From positions 62,001-126,000 of IMG/VR virus record IMGVR_UViG_3300019776_000324: a stretch of 64,000 bases of DNA. The stretch is one strand, 5' to 3'. Position numbers and translations under genes: made by a program. Below are positions 49,266 to 59,535 of this stretch, one piece after another. Under the pieces are notes generated by a model. That model searched no databases. It was given only the letters and a program-made list of their open reading frames with translations, and was not told the origin of the DNA. Each line of letters opens with the position of its first letter. Positions within the stretch are counted from its first letter, which is position 1.

Positions 49266-50614
49266 TATCGTCCTGGTGGTCTTGGATGAGGCGGAAGATT
49301 ACCACCTTGGTCACCGTTATCTGGTTTAATTTCTAAAATTTCACTGAGACTCTGACGACTTGGAATATTACCAACATCAGTAGTAGGCACAGTGTAAGTG
49401 TTATTTACAAAGCTGGCTCGCTGAGTCAACGCATCTGCTGCGTAGTCAAGATCAGTGCGAACATTATCGCTGATAGCTAGCCATGCTCTTCCGCTGTAAC
49501 GGAATAAACGATTAGGAAAATAGTCTAAACGCAAACAATAATCGCCTGCTACCGGAGTTGGAGGAAACTGTACACCTGGTGTAACAGGTAACCCATTGGG
49601 AGCAGTAGTTGATCCTGTTAAGTATCCGCGAACATAGCCAAATCCGTTTGGAGTAATACCTTCTCCAGTTTGGGTGCCGTCAACAGTAGGTGCCGTTTCG
49701 TCAGCAGTTAATCCAGCACCGCCTGGTTGCCCACTTGGTGTAGTTGGCAGTATGTAAAATTTAACATTATCGTAACCACTTACAGGAACATCTTGATAGG
49801 CTTGGGTTAAGATAGCATCATTAATTTGTAAGTCCTTGGGACGAGTACTTTGCTTGTCGCCAACTGTATCAGGATCTGTAATAACTTCCCAATAATCAGT
49901 ATTGGTAATTTCGGTACCAGGCGGCACAGGTTGCTTGGCTTGGTAATAAGTACCGCCGTTGTTTACAATTTCGTTAGTTGGGTAATAGTTACCCGGATCC
50001 CAGATATTTTCAGGCATGAATGGTTGATTAATAATCTGACTGTATTCCTGCGCATTAACCAAGGGCGTTGCTTTGATACGCCACAGGTGCGGCAACCAAG
50101 TAACACTGAATCCTTCTTGTGCAAAGTTAGCATCTTGAATAACATAGTAGCGTGGTAGTGCCTTGACAAGAGCAGTATCCAAGGGATTGTAATCTTTTAA
50201 GTTTGGTAGTTCAATAACATCACCGGTCATTAACTTACGACCAAAGGTGTCAATCATGTTGTTGTAGTGGAATGTAATAAACAGTGTATCGTTGTTTAAA
50301 AACAAACCAAATTGTGTTAGATCAAAGTCTACATCCTGCTGGCGATAAACACCACGCATGATAAAAATGTCTGGATCGTAAACACGATCGCGGTTTTCCA
50401 ACAATAGTAAATCTTCAATGAACAAGGGGTTGGTACTATCGTAATTAGGAATAGTAGCGTCATTGTTACCGTTGTCTGTACCTGCGCCTTGCGGACCCAA
50501 ATATTTGTGGACATAGATGTCAAGCCCGCCAACTGTGTACATTTCTGAAATTGTGCGGTCTAAAAATTGATAATCGTTGGTTCGATTTGGGCGGTATAGC
50601 GATAAGCGTGGCAT
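49265..50614 (-). CDS. gp14: Neck protein / head closure
   Basis: LLENRDRVY, FDLTQFGLF..D.LFITFH, GDVIELP; adjacent to gp15; probable start MPRLS 7 nt after TAAATA. Confidence 0.8.
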   Translation of the reverse strand: MPRLSLYRPNRTNDYQFLDRTISEMYTVGGLDIYVHKYLGPQGAGTDNGNNDATIPNYDSTNPLFIEDLLLLENRDRVYDPDIFIMRGVYRQQDVDFDLTQFGLFLNNDTLFITFHYNNMIDTFGRKLMTGDVIELPNLKDYNPLDTALVKALPRYYVIQDANFAQEGFSVTWLPHLWRIKATPLVNAQEYSQIINQPFMPENIWDPGNYYPTNEIVNNGGTYYQAKQPVPPGTEITNTDYWEVITDPDTVGDKQSTRPKDLQINDAILTQAYQDVPVSGYDNVKFYILPTTPSGQPGGAGLTADETAPTVDGTQTGEGITPNGFGYVRGYLTGSTTAPNGLPVTPGVQFPPTPVAGDYCLRLDYFPNRLFRYSGRAWLAISDNVRTDLDYAADALTQRASFVNNTYTVPTTDVGNIPSRQSLSEILEIKPDNGDQGGNLPPHPRPPGR

Positions 50615-50636
50615 AGTCATGTATTTAGCGGTTAGA

Positions 50637-50665
50637 TTGACTATAAAATCAAAAGCTGGTATAAT
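50637..50665 (+). promoter_or_regulatory. sigma70 promoter, leaderless
   Basis: TTGACT, 17 nt, TATAAT; ATG 6 nt later. Confidence 0.8.
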
Positions 50666-50671
50666 TACAAA

Positions 50672-50923
50672 ATGGACGAGTTATTTCAACGCTTAGATCG
50701 TGCAGAAAAAGCTATTGCTACTGTTAAACACAAAGTAGCTCGCAGAGATCTATTAAAAATGGTAAAAACCATTGATGTTGCCATTGTGGCTGCAGATATG
50801 GAAAGTGTAGAATGCCGTAGGGTGCATAAAGAAACACCCAAGTATAGAGAGTTAGTAAAAAAAACTGAAGATCTAATAACTAATTTGGAACAACATATTA
50901 CCTTTGCCAATCTACTAGGTTGA
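50672..50923 (+). CDS. Hypothetical early protein (helical)
   Basis: 83-aa ORF directly behind a near-consensus promoter. Confidence 0.7.
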   Translation: MDELFQRLDRAEKAIATVKHKVARRDLLKMVKTIDVAIVAADMESVECRRVHKETPKYRELVKKTEDLITNLEQHITFANLLG

Positions 50924-50947
50924 CATTACAAAAATTTAATATACAAT
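50920..50947 (+). promoter_or_regulatory. sigma70 promoter, leaderless
   Basis: TTGACA, 16 nt, TACAAT; ATG 6 nt later. Confidence 0.7.
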
Positions 50948-50953
50948 AAGACT

Positions 50954-52099
50954 ATGGCTAAATCAAACGAAATTAAAAGACTGAACCCTAAGGGTGCTGA
51001 AACCAAATATGTTGGCTTTGAACCTGAGTGGAAATTCCAACCCACAGAAGAAAATCGTGTTAGCAGTCTTGCTAATGCATTTCAATGGTACAACTATCAC
51101 TATGGCAAAAAAGATGCCAAAGAAATGTTGTGCCATTATCTAGAACACAATGGCCGTAAAGTGGATGCCAAGACCATGCGTGGTATTCCAGACAGTCAAA
51201 TTCGTGTGACGCCAGCTTGGGTTTGTCGTATGACATTGATTGGACTAGTGCTCAATGAACACGAGCAGAGCATCATTGACGAACAAATTAGTGCCATGCT
51301 TAAAGTCAAGCAAGAAAAGAAAAAAGAACAGTCCGAAGTTGATGCCGACAATGCTGTGGCAAAATTAACAATTCAAGATCACCTGCGTGAAAAGATCAGT
51401 GAATGTTGTGGCGAACTAGAAGGCATGTTTGATGATTTTGTTGTAGCTGGCGCTAAAATGTCAGCAGACTTTAAGCCTATTGCACTCATGCGCGGCATGA
51501 ATATCAGTCCCAACATGATTGGCACAGTATCTAAAGTTTGGGAATTGCGCCTGGAAGAATTCAATGAAGTATTAACTGGCGAAGATGATCAACTAGTAGA
51601 AGGGTATAGCCACCTCTCTAAGAATCAATTAAAGCAGTGCGTTAAGTTTTGCGAAACAGTAATTAACGATTGCAACAGCTATGTTCAGCTCAAGAAAGTA
51701 GAGCGCAAACCTCGTGCTAAGAAAGCAGTAAGCCCAGAAAAACTCACACGCAAATTCAAGTTCTTGAAAGAGTTTGATGAACTTAAACTTAAATCCGAAC
51801 CAGTTACCAAGCTAGTTAATGCATCAGAGGCTTGGCTTTATGACACAGCCAAGCGTAAACTAATACATGTCATGGCAGATAGTCATATTGGAACATTCAC
51901 AGTCAAGGGCAGTGCTATTGTAGGATTTGATGCACAAACAACAGTACAAAAAACCCTACGCAAGCCAGCAGAATCGATTAAAGCAGTTACAGGTGGAGGC
52001 AAGCCAGCGGCTCGTAAAGCATTTGCTGAAATCAAAGCTACGGAAACCAAGTACAACGGGCGAGGCAACGAAAACTTAATCATACTATGGGCTTGGTAA
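50954..52099 (+). CDS. T4-like phage hypothetical protein
   Basis: 381 aa; WYNY N-terminus; C-terminal LYDT.KRKL..Y/H.A....VKG....FD...QKTLRKP....NGR.N...IIL pattern recalled from T4-like phages. Confidence 0.7.
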   Translation: MAKSNEIKRLNPKGAETKYVGFEPEWKFQPTEENRVSSLANAFQWYNYHYGKKDAKEMLCHYLEHNGRKVDAKTMRGIPDSQIRVTPAWVCRMTLIGLVLNEHEQSIIDEQISAMLKVKQEKKKEQSEVDADNAVAKLTIQDHLREKISECCGELEGMFDDFVVAGAKMSADFKPIALMRGMNISPNMIGTVSKVWELRLEEFNEVLTGEDDQLVEGYSHLSKNQLKQCVKFCETVINDCNSYVQLKKVERKPRAKKAVSPEKLTRKFKFLKEFDELKLKSEPVTKLVNASEAWLYDTAKRKLIHVMADSHIGTFTVKGSAIVGFDAQTTVQKTLRKPAESIKAVTGGGKPAARKAFAEIKATETKYNGRGNENLIILWAW

Positions 52100-52110
52100 C
52101 TAAGTAGTTG

Positions 52111-52992
52111 ATGTACCAAATTCCTACCAAAGTAGATTTTTATATAACCAATGTTTGTAATCTAACCTGCCAAAATTGTAATAGATTTAATAATTTTAAT
52201 TTTAAAGGCTGGCAGGATTGGAAAGAATATGAGCCCATTTATGAACAATGGGGACAACTAGTTGGGCTCCGTGCTATTACAATCATGGGCGGAGAGCCGT
52301 TTCTTAACCCTACTCTCAAAGAATGGATCTCTGGGTTAAATCGTATATTTGGCATAGAAGTACAAGTGCTAACCAACGGCACTAGATTCCTACAAACTCC
52401 TGGAGTGTACGATAGTATGCTTTGGAAAAACCCTACCAATCAAATGCAAAATCACATAGGAGTTAGTTTACATACTCCAGAGGATTTTGAACAAATTAGA
52501 TCAGACATACACGAGTTCCTTCAAGGTACTGTAACAGAATACAGCAAGGATGAAAATCCCTGGGGAGCTGATTGGCAATTTCAAGATAGCAATGGTGTAA
52601 TGATCAATGTTTATACTGTGGATGAATTTTTTGATTCAGCAGTAACATCCAACAACGGTGTATATACCCTACACAATAACGATCCAGAACAAGCTCACAA
52701 TAATTGCGCTTTTGTAAAATGGAAAAGTTATCATTTTATTCGTGGAAAATTTTACAAGTGCGGCCCTAGTGCGTTACTACCGGAGTTTGACACCCAATAT
52801 CAACTAGATATTTCAGACGAAGATCGAAAGATACTGCACTCGTACCAGCCATTATCTGTGGACAATTTTAGCGAATACCACGAAGAATTTTTTGCTAATC
52901 TGGATAATCCTATTGCACAATGTAAGTTTTGTTCAGTAAACACAAGCAAAGCAAAAATCTATCCTATCAGGAAAGGTTCTAAATCTAACTAA
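52111..52992 (+). CDS. Radical SAM enzyme (fourth in the window)
   Basis: CNLTCQNC, GGEPFLNP, LTNG, C-terminal C..YKC..CKFC; ATG 4 nt after TAAGTA. Confidence 0.85.
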   Translation: MYQIPTKVDFYITNVCNLTCQNCNRFNNFNFKGWQDWKEYEPIYEQWGQLVGLRAITIMGGEPFLNPTLKEWISGLNRIFGIEVQVLTNGTRFLQTPGVYDSMLWKNPTNQMQNHIGVSLHTPEDFEQIRSDIHEFLQGTVTEYSKDENPWGADWQFQDSNGVMINVYTVDEFFDSAVTSNNGVYTLHNNDPEQAHNNCAFVKWKSYHFIRGKFYKCGPSALLPEFDTQYQLDISDEDRKILHSYQPLSVDNFSEYHEEFFANLDNPIAQCKFCSVNTSKAKIYPIRKGSKSN

Positions 52993-53016
52993 ATATTAGA
53001 TCGCAAGGAACACTAT

Positions 53017-53787
53017 ATGGGCATTGAACAACAAAACAGCTTAGACTCACTAAAACAGAATTTATTTGAATATGTTCGCTATCAACTAGGCGATCAAATC
53101 ATTGATCTTGAATTAGATGCTGAACACTTTGAAACTGCTTACCGCGGTACAATTGGGACCTATCGTCAGCGAGCACAAAACGCTTACGAAGAAAGTTATA
53201 CTTTCATGGAGTTGGTTACCAATGTTAACATCTATGAATTACCTCAAGAAGTTCAATCAGTGCGTCAAATTTTCCGTAGAACTTTTGGCGATAGCACAGG
53301 TCCATTTGCTAGTAACTTTGACCCATTCAGTCAAGCAAGTTTAAATGTCTACTTGATGAACTTTAATGTGGCAGGTGGTCTTGCTACTTACGATTTCTAT
53401 TCACAATATGTAGAGCTCGCAGGCCGTATGTTTGGCGCCTACATGAACTACACATTCAATCCTGTAACTAAAAAGCTACAACTAATCCGTGACCCAAAAG
53501 GCACTGGCGAAAATGTCCTGCTTTGGACCTACAACTTTAAACCAGAATTCAACATGCTGAGCGATCCATTGATTGCACAGTGGATTCGTAATTATATGGT
53601 TGGCAACTGCAAACTTATAATCGGTGAAGCCCGTGAAAAGTTTGGTACAATTGCTGGCCCACAAGGTGGCGGCACTCTAAACGGCACAGCAATGAAGTCT
53701 GAAGGCATGGCAATCATGCAACAGGGCATTGAAGATCTTAAGAACTATGTAGATGGTTCACAGCCGTTGACCTGGGTAATTGGTTAA
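53017..53787 (+). CDS. gp13: Neck protein
   Basis: LG..IIDLELD..H, WIRNY....K..IGEAREKF..I.GP.GG.TLNG..M. Confidence 0.9.
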   Translation: MGIEQQNSLDSLKQNLFEYVRYQLGDQIIDLELDAEHFETAYRGTIGTYRQRAQNAYEESYTFMELVTNVNIYELPQEVQSVRQIFRRTFGDSTGPFASNFDPFSQASLNVYLMNFNVAGGLATYDFYSQYVELAGRMFGAYMNYTFNPVTKKLQLIRDPKGTGENVLLWTYNFKPEFNMLSDPLIAQWIRNYMVGNCKLIIGEAREKFGTIAGPQGGGTLNGTAMKSEGMAIMQQGIEDLKNYVDGSQPLTWVIG

Positions 53788-53794
53788 CGCACAC

Positions 53795-53823
53795 TAGACT
53801 TTTATCTTTTTCCATGCTATACT
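53795..53823 (+). promoter_or_regulatory. sigma70 promoter with extended -10, leaderless
   Basis: TAGACT, 17 nt, TATACT preceded by TG; ATG 6 nt later. Confidence 0.7.
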
Positions 53824-53829
53824 TACAGC

Positions 53830-54351
53830 ATGGACTTAATGATCGATCTTGAAGGTTTGGGCACTGGCCCTGATACAACTATTCTAACCATTGCCGCACA
53901 GGCATTTGATCCATTTGGTGAACTAGATTTCAAGCAACAGTATTATGCTAGAGTCACTTTAGAAAGCCAAGAAAATCGTAGTATTCAACAAGGCACCATT
54001 GACTGGTGGGCTACTCAACCTGCTGCTGCTAGAGACGAAGCATTTAACGAAGAAGGCCGCATACCGTTGGATCAAGCCCTAGACGAACTAGGCAAGTTGA
54101 TCTGGCACAGCAAACGCATCTGGGCACAAGGTCCGACCTACGACATGAACATATTAGAGCATGCATATAAGAGTTACGGAAAACCTATTCCTTGGCAATT
54201 TTATGCTGTTCGTGATAGTCGTACCGTGTTTAGCTTGTGGCCCGGCTTGCCAAAACCCCCTACAAGTCACCATGCGTTAGAAGACTGTCGTAGACAGATT
54301 GGCCTGTTGCAAACAACTTTAAAACATTTCAACATCAGGGAATTAGGGTGA
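53830..54351 (+). CDS. DEDDh 3'-5' exonuclease (DexA/Rv2179c-like)
   Basis: MIDLE, TIDWW..Q, WAQG..YD..ILE.A, PW.F..VRDSRT, HHALEDC..Q. Confidence 0.88.
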   Translation: MDLMIDLEGLGTGPDTTILTIAAQAFDPFGELDFKQQYYARVTLESQENRSIQQGTIDWWATQPAAARDEAFNEEGRIPLDQALDELGKLIWHSKRIWAQGPTYDMNILEHAYKSYGKPIPWQFYAVRDSRTVFSLWPGLPKPPTSHHALEDCRRQIGLLQTTLKHFNIRELG

Positions 54352-55094
54352 TTGTTTACAGCAACTCCTGTAGCTTTGGTGCGACTACGACTTATCCAGT
54401 GTATTCAGAATGGGTCGCTAAACATTTTGATTGCGAGTTAGTAAACAAAGGCAAGCCAAGCGCATGTAATCGCCGCATCATACGAACTAGCGTACGAGAT
54501 CTACTAGAACTAAAAAAACAGCATAGTGACATTGTTTGTCTGATTGGGTTGACTTTTATTACTCGTACCGAATTATGGCAACCAAACATTCCAGCCGATT
54601 CCAATGATGGAAATTTTCACAGCATTACTGTTGATTTTAAAAAATTAAACTGGGCCCAGGGTATAGCCAACGCGGTAGTTCCAAACATACATCAGTATGC
54701 TAACGATGATGTGCAAGAATACTACAAACAGTGGCTATTGCACATGAACAAAGAAGCAATCCTAACAGACTTGATTGCAGACATTATTATGTTTTTGAAT
54801 TTTTGTCAAGCTCAAAACATCAAACTATTGTTATGGAGTAACACACAGACTTGGCCAGCCAGCCCTGAAATAGCAGTTGATGATGTATTTTTTCAAACAT
54901 TTTATCAAACACTTATAAGCAGTTCGATGGTTATCAATCCTTGGCAATTCTCCTTTAGAGATTATGCATTACAACAAGGTTGCAGACCAATCGATGAAGA
55001 GCAGTACGGACTTGACGGACATCCTGGCGGTCAGGCTCATGAATTTTTTGCACAACATCTATTAAAATATATAAAAGAAAAGGAACTAGCATGA
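54348..55094 (+). CDS. SGNH/GDSL-hydrolase-like protein
   Basis: NSCSF block I, N.G....CN.RI.R block II, terminal GHP...AH. Confidence 0.65.
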   Translation: MIVYSNSCSFGATTTYPVYSEWVAKHFDCELVNKGKPSACNRRIIRTSVRDLLELKKQHSDIVCLIGLTFITRTELWQPNIPADSNDGNFHSITVDFKKLNWAQGIANAVVPNIHQYANDDVQEYYKQWLLHMNKEAILTDLIADIIMFLNFCQAQNIKLLLWSNTQTWPASPEIAVDDVFFQTFYQTLISSSMVINPWQFSFRDYALQQGCRPIDEEQYGLDGHPGGQAHEFFAQHLLKYIKEKELA

Positions 55095-55756
55095 TCATTG
55101 GAATTTGTGGATTAATCGGCAGCGGCAAAGACACTATAGCAGATTACTTACAAAATATTCACCAATTTCGAAGAGAAAGTTTTGCGCATACTCTTAAAGA
55201 TGCAGTAGCTCACATATTTGGTTGGGACCGCGAACTGATAGAAGGCCGCACTAGAGAAAGCAGAGAGTGGCGAGAACAAGTTGATCCATGGTGGGCAGAA
55301 CGCTTGGGCATGCCCGATTTAACTCCCAGATATGTGTTACAAGTATGGGGCACAGAAGTTGCTCGCCGAAGTTTTCACGATGATATTTGGATTGCCAGTT
55401 TAGAAAACAAACTGCGCAAAACTACAGATGATGTTGTTATTAGCGATTGTCGTTTTCCTAACGAAATCCGTGCTATTAAACAAGCCGGCGGCATTGTTAT
55501 CCGTGTTGTGCGTGGCCCAGAGCCTGTGTGGTATGAGCTTGCTGAAACTGTAAACCGTGGCCCTGGAAAAAATATTGAATGGCGCTTGAGTAAAAATCAG
55601 CTAGAAACATATGGTATTCATGCTAGCGAAACTGGCTGGATTGGCACTGAGTTTGATGCAGTTATTGACAACAATGCTGATGGATTAGATAACCTGTACC
55701 GCCAAGTTAAAGATCTGGTTCAAGGTCTCCAGGACGCCAAAGCTGATCACTCTTAG
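55091..55756 (+). CDS. gp1: Deoxynucleoside monophosphate kinase
   Basis: GLIGSGKDT P-loop, SFA..LKD, TPR.VLQ.WGTE, ISDCRFPNE, HASE. Confidence 0.93.
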   Translation: MIIGICGLIGSGKDTIADYLQNIHQFRRESFAHTLKDAVAHIFGWDRELIEGRTRESREWREQVDPWWAERLGMPDLTPRYVLQVWGTEVARRSFHDDIWIASLENKLRKTTDDVVISDCRFPNEIRAIKQAGGIVIRVVRGPEPVWYELAETVNRGPGKNIEWRLSKNQLETYGIHASETGWIGTEFDAVIDNNADGLDNLYRQVKDLVQGLQDAKADHS

Positions 55757-56051
55757 CAATTTCCACTACACAGTTTTGACAAACTGTTTTTAAGTTTCTA
55801 AGCCCAGTGTTGTGTAAATTACCATCAACATGATACACTAGTAATTGTGCTGAAAATTTAGCTCTAAACCCACATCGATCACATGTGGGTTTTTTCTTAT
55901 ATCCAGAGGTTTTCCATCTAGGCTCAGCTGGCTTGATACGGCGCCCACGACGAATACAATATTCACACAATCTGCGATATTGAATTGAGTCTTCTCGGTG
56001 GTATGCTACTGCTCTTGGCCGTTGATTACAGGCTAAACATATAGGTCTCAT
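55707..56051 (-). CDS. Zn-finger / HNH-like protein
   Basis: CxxC pairs, CDRCGF, HVDGNLHN....NLKTVCQNC; TAAATA 5 nt upstream. Confidence 0.75.
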   Translation of the reverse strand: MRPICLACNQRPRAVAYHREDSIQYRRLCEYCIRRGRRIKPAEPRWKTSGYKKKPTCDRCGFRAKFSAQLLVYHVDGNLHNTGLRNLKTVCQNCVVEIAKSDQLWRPGDLEPDL

Positions 56052-56148
56052 GCAAATATTTAGTAAAAAACCTACTAAGTAGGGGTGCGATCTACCGTTC
56101 TTTTTATCATAACCGATAAATATCTTTATTAATAAAAAGGAATTTGTT

Positions 56149-59100
56149 ATGGCCTTACTATCCCCAGGTGTACAAGTCAGTGTAATTGACCAAAGTAATT
56201 ATACTCCAGCTCCAGCGAGCTCGGTACCATTTATTTTATTGGCTACAGCCTCTAATAAAGTTTCTGGCGCAGGTACTGGAATTGCTCCAGGCACGCTAGA
56301 TGCTAATGCTAATAAAGTATTTTTAATGACAAGCCAAAGAGATTTACTCTCTACATATGGCGTGCCATTCTTTTACAATACTACAGCTGGTACTCCGATC
56401 AACGGATACGAACTTAACGAATACGGTTTATTAGCCGCTTATTCAGCACTTGGTGTAAGTAACCAGTGTTATGTACAGCGAGTTGATATCGATTTGGCTG
56501 CACTTACAGCTAGTTTAACTCGCCCAACTGGTAACCCTGCTAACGGTACTTACTGGTTAGATACAACAAGTACAACATGGGGTGTTAATCAGTGGAATCA
56601 AACAACTGGTGCCTTTACAAACCAAACACCATTGGTAATTAACACCACAGCAGATTTAGAACCTAGTTCAACAGTACCATTGCAAACCATTGGTAGTATT
56701 GGCAATTATGCTGTAGTAACAACAGATACACACTTGCCAATGTACTACAAGCGTGGCGGTCCTACTGACTCTCAAGCTCCAAACTGGGATCAAGACAGCT
56801 TCACAGCTAGCGATCTTTACAATACTTGGGTATTAGTTGGCAGCAACGAATGGAAAACTTCATGGCCTACAATTCAAGGCACAAGCGCACCTACTAGTTT
56901 AGTAGCTGGCAACACCATTGACATTAACGGAACTACCATTACAGTTCCTAACAGTCCAAATAACACAGTTACAGGATTAGTAGGGTTAATTAACTCAACT
57001 GGTATCAATGGTGTATATGCCGCTAATATCAGCGGAAAATTATTCTTGTATGCCGATAAGACTGCTACCAATGACGGAAGCACTGAAGGCACAGGCGTTA
57101 TTGCAATTAATAACTTGTCTGGTACAGCATTGTCTGTATTGGGTATAACATCTGGCAACTATGCTGCTCCAGCTTACACAGTAGGAACTAACTATCAAGC
57201 ACCAAGATGGCGCACTACTGATACACAACCAGAACCAACTGGCAGTGTATTCCAGCAAACTAATGCAGTTAATCAAGGTACGAATATTGTTATTAAAAAA
57301 TACAATTCTACTCTTGGAACATTTGTTGCACAAAATTGCCCGGTATTTGTTAGCGATACTCAAGCTGATTACGATTTGGATCCAACAGGCGGCGGCCAAA
57401 ATATTCCAGCTGGAACTACCTATGCCCGTAGTGAACCAACAAATAATGGTCAAGCAGGATATGAAATTTTCCAACGATATGCAACTGGCCCAACTGTAGT
57501 TACTGGTAGTTATACAGATCCATCATTTACTGCCAATGACACCTTTACTATTCAGGCCACAGCTCCTGGATCTCCAATTGCGTTAGTATATACAGCTACC
57601 ATGCTTGGAACAACCGCAGCAGACTATGTTGCAGCAGTTTCAGCTGCAAATGTACCGTATGTTTCGGCTAGTATTAACAGCTCTGGCGCTATTGTTTACA
57701 CACATTCAGCAGGTGGTGATATCTACTTAACTGATACTAGCGGTACACCAACCGGTGATGCTGGCTTTACAGACGAAACTTTATTCTGCCGTCCAAGATA
57801 TCAAAATGGCGTAGTTACTGGACTAATTTTAGCTAACTGGGTTGATGCTCCGTTGTTTACATACACACCAAGCGACACAGCACCAGACCAAGATCCAGCA
57901 AGCGGAACATACTGGTACTATAGTGACGCTACTGTAGCTGACATCATGATTCAGAATAATGGCGTATGGTTTGGTTATCAACAAGTTACTAACGATGTTC
58001 GTGGTTACAACTTGAGTCAAACAAATGCTACTGGCCCTATTTTTAGTGCAACAGCACCAACAACACAAACCAACACAGCACAAAGCCCGTTAGTTTACGG
58101 CGATTTATGGATTGACACTAGTGATCTAGAAAATTATCCACAGTTGTATCGTTGGGAAAATGTCAGCGGACAAAATCAATGGGTAGCTATCAACAATACC
58201 GATCATACTACAAGTAATGGTATTATATTTGAAGATGCTCGTTGGGCACCAAACGGTACTACTAACCCAGTAAGTGGTGCATTGCCAACAATTACTAGTT
58301 TACTAACAAGCAACTATGTAGATTTAGATGCACCAAACCCACAACTATATCCACAAGGAACATTGTTATGGAACACTCGCCGCAGCGGCTTTAATGTTAA
58401 GCAATTTGAATTTAACTATTTTAATGCTACTAACTTCCCTGATTCAGAGTTACCAGAACAGACAAGTACTTGGGTAACTGCTAGTGCTAATCGTGTTGAC
58501 GGTAGTCCTAACATGGGTCGCCAAGCACAACGATCTATTATTGTAGCGGCTCTAAGAGCTGGTATTGATAGTAACACACAGATTCGTGAAAATCAAGCAC
58601 AGTTCAACTTGTTGGCTTGCCCACAATATCCAGAGCTAGCACCTAACATGATTGTGCTTAACAACGATCGTGGAGACACAGGATTTAGCGTGGTTGATAC
58701 ACCGTTGCGTTTATCACCTGATGAGATTGTTACTTGGGCTACTAATAATAATGGACTAGGACTTCCTTCAGGGGACGGCAATCTTGCCAGCGGTGATGCA
58801 TATTCTGCTGCATTCTACCCAAGCTGTACTACTACAGATTTAAGTGGTAATGTTGTTGTGACTGCACCAAGTCACATGATGATTCGTACAATTATTCGTA
58901 GCGACTCAGTAAGTTATCCATGGTTTGCTCCAGCTGGCTTACGCCGCGGTGTTGTGGATAATGCTACACAAATTGGTTATGTTAACGCTGTTAACGGAAC
59001 ATTTGTACCACTAGGTGTAAATCAAGGCTTGCGTGATACATTGTACAGCAATGATGTAAACCCAATTACATTTATTCCAGGTACAGGTATTACTAACTTT

Positions 59101-59463
59101 GGTAACCACACACTACAAGGTGCAAGTACAGCACTAGATCGTATTAATGTGGCTCGTTTGGTAGCATACTTGCGTGGTCGTTTAGAAATCATTGGTAATC
59201 AGTACTTGTTTGAACCAAATGATTCAATTACTCGTCAGTCTATTGTTAATCAGATCACAAGTTTAATGACTGATTTAGTAGCCAAGCGCGGTATCTATGA
59301 CTACTTGGTTGTTTGTGATCTTACAAATAATACACCAGCTACTATCGATGCTAACGAATTATTTGTTGATATTGCAATTGAGCCAGTTAAAGCAATTGAG
59401 TTCATCTACATACCAATGCGTATACAGAACACAGGAACTATTGCATCACAGCAAGCAGCGTAA
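56149..59463 (+). CDS. gp18: Contractile tail sheath protein with large insertion domains
   Basis: LSPGVQVSVID start; PWFAPAGLRRG, RDTLY...VNPI, SALDRINVARL, FEPND..TR, IEPVKAIEFIYI. Confidence 0.96.
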   Translation: MALLSPGVQVSVIDQSNYTPAPASSVPFILLATASNKVSGAGTGIAPGTLDANANKVFLMTSQRDLLSTYGVPFFYNTTAGTPINGYELNEYGLLAAYSALGVSNQCYVQRVDIDLAALTASLTRPTGNPANGTYWLDTTSTTWGVNQWNQTTGAFTNQTPLVINTTADLEPSSTVPLQTIGSIGNYAVVTTDTHLPMYYKRGGPTDSQAPNWDQDSFTASDLYNTWVLVGSNEWKTSWPTIQGTSAPTSLVAGNTIDINGTTITVPNSPNNTVTGLVGLINSTGINGVYAANISGKLFLYADKTATNDGSTEGTGVIAINNLSGTALSVLGITSGNYAAPAYTVGTNYQAPRWRTTDTQPEPTGSVFQQTNAVNQGTNIVIKKYNSTLGTFVAQNCPVFVSDTQADYDLDPTGGGQNIPAGTTYARSEPTNNGQAGYEIFQRYATGPTVVTGSYTDPSFTANDTFTIQATAPGSPIALVYTATMLGTTAADYVAAVSAANVPYVSASINSSGAIVYTHSAGGDIYLTDTSGTPTGDAGFTDETLFCRPRYQNGVVTGLILANWVDAPLFTYTPSDTAPDQDPASGTYWYYSDATVADIMIQNNGVWFGYQQVTNDVRGYNLSQTNATGPIFSATAPTTQTNTAQSPLVYGDLWIDTSDLENYPQLYRWENVSGQNQWVAINNTDHTTSNGIIFEDARWAPNGTTNPVSGALPTITSLLTSNYVDLDAPNPQLYPQGTLLWNTRRSGFNVKQFEFNYFNATNFPDSELPEQTSTWVTASANRVDGSPNMGRQAQRSIIVAALRAGIDSNTQIRENQAQFNLLACPQYPELAPNMIVLNNDRGDTGFSVVDTPLRLSPDEIVTWATNNNGLGLPSGDGNLASGDAYSAAFYPSCTTTDLSGNVVVTAPSHMMIRTIIRSDSVSYPWFAPAGLRRGVVDNATQIGYVNAVNGTFVPLGVNQGLRDTLYSNDVNPITFIPGTGITNFGNHTLQGASTALDRINVARLVAYLRGRLEIIGNQYLFEPNDSITRQSIVNQITSLMTDLVAKRGIYDYLVVCDLTNNTPATIDANELFVDIAIEPVKAIEFIYIPMRIQNTGTIASQQAA

Positions 59464-59469
59464 TTGACA

Positions 59470-59496
59470 GCCGAGCAGACCAAAAATTTGCTCGGC
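59470..59496 (+). other. Strong hairpin between sheath and tube genes (processing, stability or attenuation)
   Basis: GCCGAGCAGA-CCAAAAA-TTTGCTCGGC with no U tract; TAAATA follows at 59507. Confidence 0.5.
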
Positions 59497-59535
59497 ACAA
59501 ATACCATAAATAAAGTATATTAGGAGATTAAACAA

